Source: a virus. Taken from it: a stretch of DNA of 64,000 bases. Within the stretch, counting starts at the first letter, position 1, and every line of letters starts with the position of its first letter. Positions 1-10,474 of the stretch are shown one piece after another. Made by a program: the position numbers and the translations under genes. The notes beneath the pieces were generated by a model, which was not told the origin of the DNA, did not search any database, and saw only the letters and a program-made list of their open reading frames with translations. The stretch lies in the IMG/VR virus record IMGVR_UViG_3300028394_000053, positions 31,863 to 95,862 of that record; one strand, given 5' to 3'.

Positions 1-942
1 TCCTGTTGCCTGACCAGTTTTTTGGGTAGTGGTTGGCATGGCAGTGTAACTGTACTGGTCTCGATAGTCTGTGGTCAGCCGTGTTCTGGCTGCTACAGGT
101 CCATTACCACCGAGTATCAGAGTATACAAGGTATTAAAGGCCTGTTCAAAATTTAAAATCTGTGTGTTTTGTCCTGTAAACCAATAGTAATAGCTTTTGT
201 GACTGCCGCGATATCTACTTTTAGGAAAAAATGGTGTTTCCAAGTTGCTGACAGCATATGGAGTTATTAGATATGTCATACGATAAGCATAGTCTCGGCG
301 TGCAACATCGTAACCAAGGCTTGTGGCCTGTACACTTACCTTGTACCATACTGTGGTTCCTCCTCCAGCCTTGGGGTTGGGCAAAACTTCTTGAGTGAGA
401 GGATCGACTTGTTGCAAGGCCTGATCCGATGCAAAACTGCTACTGCGCAAAATTTGATCAATTGCCTGTACTACCTGAGTGCCTTGAGATATAGGCCAAT
501 TTTGACTGTTGTTGTCTACTCTATCAGTTTTGGGGTCTAATGTTTCTTTGGCAGTATCGCTATTCTTGTTGGCAGTCTTTGATCGGTCAGTACTGCCAGG
601 TTTTTTAATGGTGGATTCTTCCAAAGCCACTGGTTCAAATATAATTTCGTAAACATCGGCTATGTCGTATTTGTTTTGTTTGGCCAAATCATTTTGATAG
701 GTATTCAAGGCCTCTACCAATCCAGTAAAAATATAATTTTGATTACCGGTGGGTGCTGCCGGAGCCTTTGCTGGAGCTGTAGTAGTGGTCTGTGTTGGTT
801 GCGCTACTTGTCTTACTCCGGCTCCTGTTCCAAGAACTGTTTGTTGATTATTTGCTCCAAACCTACGCGGACCTGCTCCAAAGCCCGAACCAAACTTTCC
901 GTCGTCGACTAAATTTTGTTGTTTGTTTGTTAGATCAGCCAT
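1..942 (-). CDS. baseplate hub-like protein, second part (runs off the window edge; not in the ORF track)
   Basis: Manual translation from ATG at 942-940 (MADLTNKQQNLVDDGKFG...) stays open through the part read, including GYDVARRDYAYRMTYLITPY and KSYYYWFTGQNTQILNFEQAFN. Lies in the baseplate cluster; hub identity is inferred. Confidence 0.6.
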   Translation of the reverse strand, partial: MADLTNKQQNLVDDGKFGSGFGAGPRRFGANNQQTVLGTGAGVRQVAQPTQTTTTAPAKAPAAPTGNQNYIFTGLVEALNTYQNDLAKQNKYDIADVYEIIFEPVALEESTIKKPGSTDRSKTANKNSDTAKETLDPKTDRVDNNSQNWPISQGTQVVQAIDQILRSSSFASDQALQQVDPLTQEVLPNPKAGGGTTVWYKVSVQATSLGYDVARRDYAYRMTYLITPYAVSNLETPFFPKSRYRGSHKSYYYWFTGQNTQILNFEQAFNTLYTLILGGNGPVAARTRLTTDYRDQYSYTAMPTTTQKTGQATG

Positions 943-944
943 GC

Positions 945-2570
945 TTATGCTCCTACCTGGGTTGGTGAGTCACTTTCACCGGTAAAGTTGCCCAACGCAT
1001 CTACACCGGCACTGGTTGATCGTGGATTAGGAGGACCGGGCGGAATGTTAGAACTTGACGGTGTTGCCTGTGGTGTTCTCTCGCCTGCCAGTGGCGGTAG
1101 TTGTGATAAAGGTGCATTTCCTCTTAGCAGATCTTTCACAGTGGTTCCTGACAGCTGGAAAGGAAAAGGTATAGTTCCTCTATTTTGACCTATGGCAACG
1201 TTTTGTGCCACCGGCTTGGCTTCAATGTTGTATTCAACTTGTGCTTTAGCTACACGAAAAGTAAGTTTAGTCAGAGTAAATGGATATATTTTTTCTACTA
1301 TGGCCCTAGGGTCAGTGGTAGTGATCTGGCCTGTGCCCCGTCTGTTGTATCTACCTATTATGGGTGCTGACAAATTGCCTTGGCTGTCATATCCGTAAAA
1401 ACGAACAACCAGGCAATACTGAGCTTTTATGTAGTTTGGAGTAAGATTGCTACCAGATGCATTGGCCCGGCGGTCTTGAGAGGCGTAGTCAGGAACAGTT
1501 GGATCAATAAATGTGCCGCCCGGAGTGTTTATTTCTCTAACTGCTCGATAGAGATTTTGTATCAAGGTTATTCCGTTGGGTTCAGTTACTTTAAATTTGA
1601 TATCAGTGGCACAGTGGGCCATCTGGGTTCCTCCTCCGGGCGCGCTGGATGTTATTTCTAAATCATCTATATAGTAATCAACAGGAAACATTGCACTACG
1701 TCCGCCCGGACTTGATGCGCCGGTAGAATTATTGCTTGTTGTTGTTGGAGCTCCGCCGCTTTGCATCAACAGTGTCCAGCCAGCTACACTGCGTTGGGGA
1801 GAATTTATTAATTGGTTAAACTGAACGTCGGTCATTAGATACCAACTGATCTGGTATGTATAGCTGGCATATTCATCAAGTATGTTGGGTTGAGTGATGA
1901 TACGACTATTTGTGGCTGTTCCAAATGTGGATTTGATTATGTCTTTGGTTGAGTTACCAGTGATTACAGGACTGTCGGCTCTGCCGTCACCAACACCAGG
2001 TTGTGTGGCTGAGCTGGCTGTGCCCCCGGCAGCAACGTCCAGGGCTTCTTGTGGGCTGAGTCCACCTTCGACCAGGGCTGCAACATTTATTCTTCCAGTG
2101 TTTATGTTAGGAGCAGGAGTAGCTTGGCTTATTGATAACTTGATTGGATCTGGATCCAGGCCCTCGTCAACCACAATCGGTTCTTCTACAGAACCCAAGG
2201 GCTCAGTAACTAGACTGGTTGGGTTTTGTGCTGTTGCCCCGTCTGTCCTGGCTGTCTGATTGTTGGCCGCTACTGCTCCTGAGCTGACCGGACCACCATC
2301 TAGTGGTGGCGGGGTTGCCGCTTCAATCGCTTGTCTTGCCTGTTGATCTAGTGCTGGTATTGCAAGCTGTAAGTCTTTATATATAGCGGCAGTGTCTGGG
2401 TCACCGGCGTCTTGTATGAATTGGGTGAATCGGTTGAATGCTTCCATGGTCGAAGCAGACCTGAACAATTCACGACCGTTTGGCTGGGTAATGGTATAAA
2501 AAATTGTACCGTCATTGAAAGGATTAAGTGAAATGGTGTAGCCATCAATCACCCGTTTAATCTCAGCCAT
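945..2570 (-). CDS. baseplate hub/tail-associated protein (gp27-like N-terminal part) with low-complexity N-terminus
   Basis: 541-aa ORF with NILDEYASYTYQISWY, YYIDDLEI, IKFKVTEPNGITLIQNL and YCLVVRFYGYD segments; directly downstream of the gp53-like gene. Confidence 0.5.
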   Translation of the reverse strand: MAEIKRVIDGYTISLNPFNDGTIFYTITQPNGRELFRSASTMEAFNRFTQFIQDAGDPDTAAIYKDLQLAIPALDQQARQAIEAATPPPLDGGPVSSGAVAANNQTARTDGATAQNPTSLVTEPLGSVEEPIVVDEGLDPDPIKLSISQATPAPNINTGRINVAALVEGGLSPQEALDVAAGGTASSATQPGVGDGRADSPVITGNSTKDIIKSTFGTATNSRIITQPNILDEYASYTYQISWYLMTDVQFNQLINSPQRSVAGWTLLMQSGGAPTTTSNNSTGASSPGGRSAMFPVDYYIDDLEITSSAPGGGTQMAHCATDIKFKVTEPNGITLIQNLYRAVREINTPGGTFIDPTVPDYASQDRRANASGSNLTPNYIKAQYCLVVRFYGYDSQGNLSAPIIGRYNRRGTGQITTTDPRAIVEKIYPFTLTKLTFRVAKAQVEYNIEAKPVAQNVAIGQNRGTIPFPFQLSGTTVKDLLRGNAPLSQLPPLAGERTPQATPSSSNIPPGPPNPRSTSAGVDALGNFTGESDSPTQVGA

Positions 2571-2571
2571 G

Positions 2572-2871
2572 TTAGAATCCCAACACTGTTTGCAAGGTAG
2601 CTATCCTGGGCAGAAATATTTCAACGCCCACAGCAAAATCCAAAGGCGGCTTGGTCAAGGTGTTGGGGTTGCGTTGATAAAACACCCACCACAATCCTGG
2701 ATTGCTGTATAGATCATAGGCCAACAAATCAGGTCTGTACTGATAGGTTAGATTGATAGCAAATGACAAGTCGTCCGGTAATAAGGGAATAGGCCGATTG
2801 GTCATGGTATCCAAAAAGAACTGGCTGTAGCCGGTTGTATAATAAGCACTAGTACTATCGTATGCAGCCAT
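2572..2871 (-). CDS. gp53: baseplate wedge protein, gp53/LysM-like
   Basis: YQYRPDLLAYDLYSNPGLWWVF matches the RPD-x-(L/I)A-x2-(L)Y-x4-WW signature of T4-like gp53. Confidence 0.7.
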   Translation of the reverse strand: MAAYDSTSAYYTTGYSQFFLDTMTNRPIPLLPDDLSFAINLTYQYRPDLLAYDLYSNPGLWWVFYQRNPNTLTKPPLDFAVGVEIFLPRIATLQTVLGF

Positions 2872-4892
2872 TACCAGAATCCTCCTTTGAGTTGATTGCC
2901 GTTGGCAAATTGTTGTAAATTAAATACCTGACTTACCTGTTGACGACTTTGTACTGGCAACAAGGTTATGACTATGTCTATCTTGGTTGGCACATAGGTT
3001 GGATTTTCAGTGTTTGGGTTACTGGGCGTTGGCCTTGTCGCTTTGGCACCTTTGGGGAGAGATTTTCCAAACGAGTCTATTGCAGTGGCCAATCGCCTAA
3101 CCGAGCTCAATGAGTTATTGGTAGTTTGAACTTGTTTGTTGCGCAATTGATTTTGATTCAGTTGCAAATTGTTACTGCTGCCGGCACGGATATAATCCAC
3201 ATCAGCTGGCAGATTGTAGTTGAAACTTGTGACCAATACTGGGTGCTTATTAAATTGATAATCTCCAAACCCGGTTAAAAAACACATAGGAGGAGGTGAT
3301 CCTAAATTCTGGCTTTGTCCGTAAAACATTTTAGTCACTGATCTAAAGAAATGTATCACGGCCAAGAGATAATTGGCCTCTTCGGTATCCTGTGCCGTAA
3401 ACGCAGCTGTTATAGTGACGTTGTCGGTGTAGCTGTTTTGGTAAAAATATCCGCGATAGTTGCTGTGGGTAAGATCGGTGGGATTGTAGTTGGCCTTGTA
3501 ATTGGTAGAAATTTGTGGCGTATATGGAAATATAACTCCGTTGCTGGACTTGAGCGGGTTGAGTATGAAAGCATTTTCAGCATTGTATAGATAATCACTG
3601 TTGTCTGCTAGACTCAGGCGCAATCGCCAGTCAGTGTTGTTTAGGGTTCGTTGTTGAGTTAGTATAGTCTGTTGTTTTTTTACATTGGCTGCACCAGCTG
3701 CTACGGCCCTGGATTGATCACTGCTGGCCTGCGTGGCTGGCTCCACAAAATCGTAGCCTACAAATACTGGATTGTTGTCTTCATCTAGAGTAAATCCCGG
3801 ATTGAGATTGCCGTCTTCGTCGTAGGCCTGTCGTTCACGATAAGGATTGGGGGCTGTCAAGGATTCTGCTAGAGTGCCAGTGACATCCAGTTCCTGGGAT
3901 GCATACAGTGCCAGCGGATCTTCTACGTCGGTTGGACCAGACAATTGATTGGGCACTTCTTCGGCATCTGGATTGGGTATCTCAACCCCGGTGTCAATCT
4001 GTGATTGTTCGTATGCAAACAAACTGGCTTCGTCGCGATCTAGTCCGGATGCTACTGTGACTCCAGTTTGAGTTTCTACCACATCAAAACTGCCGTTGTT
4101 GTTTGGTACTACAGAATAGTCGCCGGGCACAGTGATTGTGCGGGCAAGAGGTTCTGGTGATGCATTTTCTTGGGCAAACGGATCGTCAATTGCAAGAGCC
4201 TGAACACTGGCCAGTGCTGTTTCTGGATCAAGCCCGGCCTCAATCTGGGCTGCTACACTTATTTTATTAGACGATACCACATTGAATCTATCGAGATTTG
4301 GCGGTTGTTGTGAAGGAGTCACCGTGGTTATTCGCCCAGCGTCCTGTGCCAGGGTCGCTTCTATTTTTAAATTTTCTTTTGCGGCCTGTACCTGCGTCTC
4401 AGCCAGCTCGGCTTGCTCACGTAAAAGATTCACTGATTGTTGTGCCCGGTCGTATGCTTCTGTGTCGGGTTTCAGTTTGTCAAGTTGAATTTGAGCTTCA
4501 GTTAATTTTACTATGGCGTTTTGTTCTGCTGCTTGCGCCCGAGCACTAAGTTGTTGTGCCGTGGTAAGTTGACTGTTTTCAGTAGAGCTCAATAAAGCAG
4601 TTTGCGGTGTTTGTCCAGCTTCGACTAGAGCTGCAACATTTGTTGGAGGATTAGCAGGTTGTGGGCCAGCGGGGTTGTTGGTCGGAGTTGGCGGAACATT
4701 GTAGTTGGGCTGTGAATTAATTGCGGCCTGGGTTGCTTTGATTTCAGCAGGGTTGCTGATTTCGTTGCCCAATGCATCATAGTATTGTGTTGTGCCATCA
4801 GGGGCCACATTCATCCGGGGCTTGCCATCGGGTCCATAGGTGACCGTGTTTCCATTGGTAGTAGTAACTGTCTGTCCTGTTAAATCAGCCAT
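2871..4892 (-). CDS. baseplate tail-tube cap/initiator-like protein (gp48-like) with long N-terminal extension
   Basis: C-terminal tube-like domain (GVIFPYTPQI, LTHSNY, FTAQ, FFRSVTKMFYG, GSPPP, VTSFNYNLPADVDYI); about 420 aa of low-complexity N-terminus. Confidence 0.55.
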   Translation of the reverse strand: MADLTGQTVTTTNGNTVTYGPDGKPRMNVAPDGTTQYYDALGNEISNPAEIKATQAAINSQPNYNVPPTPTNNPAGPQPANPPTNVAALVEAGQTPQTALLSSTENSQLTTAQQLSARAQAAEQNAIVKLTEAQIQLDKLKPDTEAYDRAQQSVNLLREQAELAETQVQAAKENLKIEATLAQDAGRITTVTPSQQPPNLDRFNVVSSNKISVAAQIEAGLDPETALASVQALAIDDPFAQENASPEPLARTITVPGDYSVVPNNNGSFDVVETQTGVTVASGLDRDEASLFAYEQSQIDTGVEIPNPDAEEVPNQLSGPTDVEDPLALYASQELDVTGTLAESLTAPNPYRERQAYDEDGNLNPGFTLDEDNNPVFVGYDFVEPATQASSDQSRAVAAGAANVKKQQTILTQQRTLNNTDWRLRLSLADNSDYLYNAENAFILNPLKSSNGVIFPYTPQISTNYKANYNPTDLTHSNYRGYFYQNSYTDNVTITAAFTAQDTEEANYLLAVIHFFRSVTKMFYGQSQNLGSPPPMCFLTGFGDYQFNKHPVLVTSFNYNLPADVDYIRAGSSNNLQLNQNQLRNKQVQTTNNSLSSVRRLATAIDSFGKSLPKGAKATRPTPSNPNTENPTYVPTKIDIVITLLPVQSRQQVSQVFNLQQFANGNQLKGGFW

Positions 4893-4910
4893 AATATTTT
4901 TCCTATACGA

Positions 4911-4918
4911 TATTTATC
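4911..4918 (-). promoter_or_regulatory. late (gp55-type) promoter GATAAATA for the baseplate operon
   Basis: Resembles the T4 late consensus TATAAATA; 18 nt upstream of the ATG at 4892, with an AGGA SD between. Confidence 0.65.
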
Positions 4919-4952
4919 GCAAAAATAAACCACCTATATAATGATATAGAGG

Positions 4953-4980
4953 TTGACAAATGCCAAAAGTGTTGTAAAAT
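4953..4980 (+). promoter_or_regulatory. sigma70-type promoter for gp55
   Basis: TTGACA (4953-4958), 16 nt spacer, TAAAAT (4975-4980); AAGGAG SD precedes the GTG at 5006. Confidence 0.65.
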
Positions 4981-5005
4981 AAATACACATCAAGGAGATT
5001 CACTA

Positions 5006-5905
5006 GTGGCCACAACCATACCAAAAACCCCAGCAAAAGTCAACTATCTCAACAACAGAGATATCTTGAAAGAAATACATCTAAGTAAAAACAGCTATTG
5101 CGCCTATCGTGATCCGGTTCTGGATCATCAGTATGACATTATCCTGCCCACTGTGTTAAAAATAAATCAACGCACAGTGGCCGAAGCCAGACGCAACAGG
5201 GCTGACCGTGTCAAGCGAGAAACTGGGCAAGTGGTGGACCCTGTACGGATACCTAATACAGATCTAGTGTTCCGCATCACTTGTTGGGAACACATACCCA
5301 TGGCACCCAAAAAGATACCTAAAAGTGCTACCAAAAAGAAAAAGATCGACGAGATATTTGAGCTGGAGCTCGAACCCGAAGATCCGTTAGCTGAACTGAT
5401 CGAAGAACCTATACTAAGTCCAGTTCATGTGAGATTGAACTTTCCTCCGTTTTATCACTACCGATTGGACGATAACAAAGAACCGTTCTTGGTGGGCAAG
5501 AGCCACTGGAAGGGCGATCTAGAATACGGTGAGTTCAGCAAGGATCATGGTAAAATGACTCGTAAGCTGGCTACCATGTTCATGAAGCTGTGCGAACGCT
5601 ATGCCACACGAAGCAACTGGAGAGGATACACCTACAATGAAGAAATGCGGGGACAAGCCCTACTACAGCTTAGCCAAATTGGCCTGCAGTTTGACGAATC
5701 AAAATCGCAGAACCCTTTTGCATATTATACTGCCGCTATCACCAATAGCTTTACTAGGATCTTGAATCTGGAAAAGAAAAATCAAAACATACGTGATGAC
5801 ATACTAGAAATGAACGGGCTCAATCCTAGCTGGACTAGACAAAATGCTGGACGACGTAACCCAGATCATGTTGCCGGAGAGGTCGTAATATCCAACGAGG
5901 AGTAG
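5006..5905 (+). CDS. gp55: late-transcription sigma factor
   Basis: VNYLNN at the N-terminus; NWRGYTYNEEM and QFDESKSQNPFAYYT...F.RILNLEKK match gp55; lies upstream of gp47/gp46 as in T4. Confidence 0.85.
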   Translation: MATTIPKTPAKVNYLNNRDILKEIHLSKNSYCAYRDPVLDHQYDIILPTVLKINQRTVAEARRNRADRVKRETGQVVDPVRIPNTDLVFRITCWEHIPMAPKKIPKSATKKKKIDEIFELELEPEDPLAELIEEPILSPVHVRLNFPPFYHYRLDDNKEPFLVGKSHWKGDLEYGEFSKDHGKMTRKLATMFMKLCERYATRSNWRGYTYNEEMRGQALLQLSQIGLQFDESKSQNPFAYYTAAITNSFTRILNLEKKNQNIRDDILEMNGLNPSWTRQNAGRRNPDHVAGEVVISNEE

Positions 5906-5917
5906 TATACTAGCTAG

Positions 5918-6934
5918 ATGACAAATCTATTTCGTAAAGCAGCTATCTGTACTGACATACATTGGGGACTAAAAAGCAACAGCCTGGTCCACAATAGAGA
6001 TTGTGAAGCATTTGTTGATTGGTTTATTGCCACTGCCAAAGCGCAAGGTTGCGAAACCGGTATGTTCCTGGGCGATTGGCACAATCATCGTGCATCAATC
6101 AACCTGCAGACCTTGCAGTTTAGCCTGCAGGCCCTGGAAAAACTATCAGCGGCCTTTGATCAGTTTTATTTTATTCCGGGCAATCACGATCTATACTATC
6201 GCGACAAGCGAGACATACACGGAGCCGAGTGGGCCAAACACTTGCCCAACATAGTCATTGTGAACGACTGGTTTCAAAAGGACGATGTCATTATTGCTCC
6301 TTGGCTGGTTGGTGATGATCACAAACGCATACCCAAGATGACGGCCAAGTACATGTTTGGACATTTTGAATTACCACATTTTAAAATGAATGCCATGGTA
6401 GAAATGCCCGACCACGGCGAGATCCGTGTGGATGCGTTTGGTGGAATCGAAAGTGTGTACTCTGGACACTTCCACTTGAGACAAAGCAAGCGAAACGTGA
6501 ACTATATTGGCAACTGTTTTCCACACAACTTTGCTGATGCCGGCGACAGCAATCGTGGCATGATGGTCAAAGAGTGGGGACAGGCCGATCAGTATTTTAG
6601 CTGGCCAGGTCAACCCTTGTATCGTGTCTTGAAATTGAGCCGGGTGATCGACAGTGCCTCTGAACTATTAGCAGCCAATATGCATGTGCGTGTAGAGTTA
6701 GACATTGACATCAGCTACGAAGAAGCCAATTTTATCAAGGACACATTTGTAAAGGATTACAATCTAAGAGAGATGGCCTTGATACCGGTCAAGAGCACAG
6801 CGGTAGATGCCGACATGGCACCCGGTGAAATCAAGTTTGAAAGCGTGGATCAGATTGTCACAGATCAGCTGACCAATATTGAAAGCGAATTCTACGATCC
6901 AAAATTACTGTTAAAAATATATCAGAATTTATAA
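5918..6934 (+). CDS. gp47: recombination endonuclease subunit (Mre11/SbcD-like)
   Basis: Metallophosphoesterase motifs TDIHWG, LGDW, GNHD, GHFE, SGHFH. Confidence 0.92.
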   Translation: MTNLFRKAAICTDIHWGLKSNSLVHNRDCEAFVDWFIATAKAQGCETGMFLGDWHNHRASINLQTLQFSLQALEKLSAAFDQFYFIPGNHDLYYRDKRDIHGAEWAKHLPNIVIVNDWFQKDDVIIAPWLVGDDHKRIPKMTAKYMFGHFELPHFKMNAMVEMPDHGEIRVDAFGGIESVYSGHFHLRQSKRNVNYIGNCFPHNFADAGDSNRGMMVKEWGQADQYFSWPGQPLYRVLKLSRVIDSASELLAANMHVRVELDIDISYEEANFIKDTFVKDYNLREMALIPVKSTAVDADMAPGEIKFESVDQIVTDQLTNIESEFYDPKLLLKIYQNL

Positions 6935-6938
6935 ATCA

Positions 6939-8234
6939 ATGCCCGCAAAATATCCTATTTTTCCTATACAAACAGATACTGCCTGTTTATTAAAATGGTC
7001 CTGGAGTACTATATATTTTAACAGTGGTTCTACAGCATCCTGTCATAGAACAAAAAAATTTGCAATTGATCCTGATAATTTTGATCAATTTCATAATTTG
7101 CCAGATAAGGTTGCTGCAAGAACTGTTATGTTGAACGGACAGTGGCCAGCCGACGGTTGTCAATATTGCCAGAGTGTTGAAGAATCTGGTGGGTATAGCG
7201 ATCGGCAGTTTAACTTGTACCAACAAGAAAATGTAAAGTTGGTGCCACCCGAACTGCTTACAAATTCAAAAGAAACTTCAATTACCCCAACTATTGTCGA
7301 GGTATATTTTAAAAATACCTGTAACATGGCCTGTGTGTACTGCGGACCTCATCACAGTAGCTTGTGGGAGGAAGAAAATAGAAAATTTGACGAATCTTTT
7401 GGCAACGACGCCACAGAATATAGTGTTCGTTTATCGCAATTTAATTCAAATTACGATCGTATGGTCAACGATTTTTGGAATTATCTTTCAACCGATAATC
7501 GTTACCAGGTGATTCAACGCTATCATATACTAGGAGGAGAGCCGTTTTTACTTAAAGAACTAGACGATAGTATTGACTTTTGGAACACACACGGAAATCC
7601 AGATTTAACATTTAGTATTATATCTAATCTCAATATTCCGCATGAACGATTTAAAAAATATATACATCAATTTGAAAGATTGGTGTTAAGAAATAAAATA
7701 TGGCAATTACAACTAACTGCTAGTTTAGATTGTTGGGGACCCGAACAAGAATATGTGCGGTATGGACTAAATCTTGAAACATGGTTACAAAATTTTGAAT
7801 ACTGTATTGATCGGCCATGGATATCTTTAAGTATTAACAGTGCAATATCTGCGCTGACGATTAAGGGCCTGCCAACTTTATTAGAAAAAATCAATCATTG
7901 GAATACTCAACAAACAAAGGTTGCAGGTCGGTGGCAATCAGAACCAATTATTCATAGTTTTAATACATCTGGGCAACAGGATAATCCGTACATATTTGGA
8001 TCTGGAGTATTTGACAACGATTTTGAAAAAATATTACAGCTAATGCCAAAAAATAATTCTATTCAACAAGGACGGTTTCTTGCCATGGAAGGAATTGCCA
8101 ATAAACAAAAGAATTCTATTAGAGATAATATCTATATTGAAAATTTAAAAACTTATCTTGACCAGTTGGATGTAAGAAGAAAAACCAACTGGCGAACTCA
8201 ATTTGGTTGGCTAGACCAGGACTTTAGTGTATAA
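6939..8234 (+). CDS. radical SAM protein with N-terminal Twitch/SPASM-like Cys cluster
   Basis: CxxxCxxC (TCNMACVYC), GGEP motif, ASLDCWG...YVRYG; N-terminal ACLLKW...SCHR...GCQYC. Confidence 0.85.
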   Translation: MPAKYPIFPIQTDTACLLKWSWSTIYFNSGSTASCHRTKKFAIDPDNFDQFHNLPDKVAARTVMLNGQWPADGCQYCQSVEESGGYSDRQFNLYQQENVKLVPPELLTNSKETSITPTIVEVYFKNTCNMACVYCGPHHSSLWEEENRKFDESFGNDATEYSVRLSQFNSNYDRMVNDFWNYLSTDNRYQVIQRYHILGGEPFLLKELDDSIDFWNTHGNPDLTFSIISNLNIPHERFKKYIHQFERLVLRNKIWQLQLTASLDCWGPEQEYVRYGLNLETWLQNFEYCIDRPWISLSINSAISALTIKGLPTLLEKINHWNTQQTKVAGRWQSEPIIHSFNTSGQQDNPYIFGSGVFDNDFEKILQLMPKNNSIQQGRFLAMEGIANKQKNSIRDNIYIENLKTYLDQLDVRRKTNWRTQFGWLDQDFSV

Positions 8235-8243
8235 TAAAAAATA

Positions 8244-10007
8244 ATGATACAAATAAAAAATCTCACAGTACGAAACTTCATGAGCGTGGGTGCTGCCACA
8301 CAAGGCATTGACTTTGATCGACGCGACTTGACCCTGGTGCTGGGTGAAAACCTAGACCTTGGTGGCGACGGATCTAGAAATGGTACAGGCAAGACCACGA
8401 TCATCAATGCTCTTAGCTACAGCCTATACGGACAAGCACTCAGCAACATAAGAAAAGACAATCTAGTAAACAAGACCAATGGCAAGAACATGCTGGTCAG
8501 TTTGGATTTTGTTGTGGGTTCGCAACAGTACAGGATCGAACGTGGTCGTAAACCCAATGTGTTGCGATTCTTTGTGAACAACCAAGAACAGGCCGCCACA
8601 GACAATGCGCAAGGTGATAGTAGAGAAACACAGGAAGCCATAGAACAGACCTTGGGCCTTAGTCACGACATGTTCAAGCATATCTTGGCATTAAATACCT
8701 ACACTGAACCGTTCTTGAGTTTAAAGGCCAATGATCAAAGAACCATCATCGAACAGCTACTAGGCATCACCATGCTGAGTGAACGTGCGGATAGGATCAA
8801 GGAACTGAACCGACAGACCAAAGACGCAATCACACAAGAAGAATTCCGTATCCGTGCTGTGCAGGATGCCAACGGGCGCATCGAAGAACAGATCACGGCC
8901 TTGAAGCGTAGACAGACCTTATGGACGACCAAACATGCAGAAGATATACAGGAACTTGAGAAGGCCCTTGCGGCGTTACAAGAAATTGACATTGACTCCG
9001 AGATCGCGGCCCACAAGGAACACAAGACGTGGGACCAAAAACGCAAGGACATCAATGAACTGGCTGGCCAGATTAGCCGAACAAAACTTGACATTGGTCG
9101 CGAAGAGAAGTCGATTTCCAAACTATCCAAAGAAATCCAAACGCTTGAAAACCATGAATGTCACACGTGCGGACAGGCCTTCCACGACACTAAGCACCAA
9201 CAAGTTTTGGCGGCAAAGCAGACGGATCTGGATTCAGCAAGAGCGGCGTGCCAAGAATATACACAGCTCTTATCAGAACTTGAGACTGCCCACACCTCCC
9301 TGGGCGTGTTAGGTAAACCACCCCGGATGTTCTACGATCATGAAGAGGATGCTATCAAACATCGTAGCACACTCAGCAATTTGCAACAACAGATAGACAG
9401 CAAGCGAGTTGAAGCTGATCCGTATTCAGAACAGATTGAAGAAATGGCCGCACAGGCCTTACAGACTGTGACCTACGACGCCTTAAATGATCTTACTCGA
9501 CTACAAGAACATCAAGACTTCTTGCTCAAGCTACTGACCAGCAAGGACAGTTTTATCCGTAAGAAGATCATTGAACAGAATCTTGGCTATCTCAATGCCA
9601 GACTCACCTACTACCTGGACCGTATTGGCCTGCCACATACAGTGGTGTTCCAGAATGATCTCACTGTTTCAATCGAAGAGCTGGGTCGTGAGCTGGACTT
9701 TGACAATCTCAGCCGAGGTGAGCGCAACAGATTGATACTCAGCATGAGCTGGGCCTTCCGTGATGTGTTTGAAAGTCTATATCAACCGATCAATGTGTTG
9801 TTCATTGATGAAATGATTGATAGTGGTCTGGATACACAAGGTGTGGAAAGCAGCCTGGCCTTGCTCAAGCAGATGAGTCGCGAGCGCCACAAGAGTATCT
9901 GGCTCGTGAGTCACAGAGATGAGCTGGCTGGACGTGTGGAGAATATCCTGCGTGTGGTAAAAGAAAAAGGCTACACTAGCTACAGCACGGATGTAGATAT
10001 TGCATGA
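8244..10007 (+). CDS. gp46: recombination ATPase subunit (Rad50/SbcC-like)
   Basis: Walker A NGTGKTT, Zn-hook CHTC, signature LSRGE, Walker B LFIDE, SH loop. Confidence 0.93.
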   Translation: MIQIKNLTVRNFMSVGAATQGIDFDRRDLTLVLGENLDLGGDGSRNGTGKTTIINALSYSLYGQALSNIRKDNLVNKTNGKNMLVSLDFVVGSQQYRIERGRKPNVLRFFVNNQEQAATDNAQGDSRETQEAIEQTLGLSHDMFKHILALNTYTEPFLSLKANDQRTIIEQLLGITMLSERADRIKELNRQTKDAITQEEFRIRAVQDANGRIEEQITALKRRQTLWTTKHAEDIQELEKALAALQEIDIDSEIAAHKEHKTWDQKRKDINELAGQISRTKLDIGREEKSISKLSKEIQTLENHECHTCGQAFHDTKHQQVLAAKQTDLDSARAACQEYTQLLSELETAHTSLGVLGKPPRMFYDHEEDAIKHRSTLSNLQQQIDSKRVEADPYSEQIEEMAAQALQTVTYDALNDLTRLQEHQDFLLKLLTSKDSFIRKKIIEQNLGYLNARLTYYLDRIGLPHTVVFQNDLTVSIEELGRELDFDNLSRGERNRLILSMSWAFRDVFESLYQPINVLFIDEMIDSGLDTQGVESSLALLKQMSRERHKSIWLVSHRDELAGRVENILRVVKEKGYTSYSTDVDIA

Positions 10008-10474
10008 TTACTTGGGTAAGACATCTTCCAGTTGTGCCGTGCAAGAGCCTATGGCGACTACAGAATCCGGGCACTCTTCCACATCAGGAGTTAATTACAA
10101 ATTTCTGCAGAGAAAATTCAATCCAAGATTGTTTTATCACTTCTGTAGTTCCTGACAGCACTCACGACGTGATTTCTTTAATAATTAACCATCTTGAGTT
10201 TGTTTCAATACAACATATAGATTGGATGCTAGAACAGTGTTTGCCCAAAGCAAGAAAATTTTTACACCTTGCTATAAATAAATTTTTAGTATACACCGAA
10301 TACAATCAAGAATTATATGTTGATCAACCCGATTTAGATTTAAAATTAATCCAGCATTGGTCTGCTCACATTAATCGGGCTCCGTCAATTCAACAATATC
10401 AAAGCGATGACTGTGGCATGTCTGGAAATTTTATATATCCAGTTACTCAAGTAATTTGGCCAATCAATGACTAA
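10004..10474 (+). CDS. hypothetical protein (AT-rich island)
   Basis: 156-aa ORF with ATGA overlap on the gp46 stop. Confidence 0.6.
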   Translation: MITWVRHLPVVPCKSLWRLQNPGTLPHQELITNFCRENSIQDCFITSVVPDSTHDVISLIINHLEFVSIQHIDWMLEQCLPKARKFLHLAINKFLVYTEYNQELYVDQPDLDLKLIQHWSAHINRAPSIQQYQSDDCGMSGNFIYPVTQVIWPIND

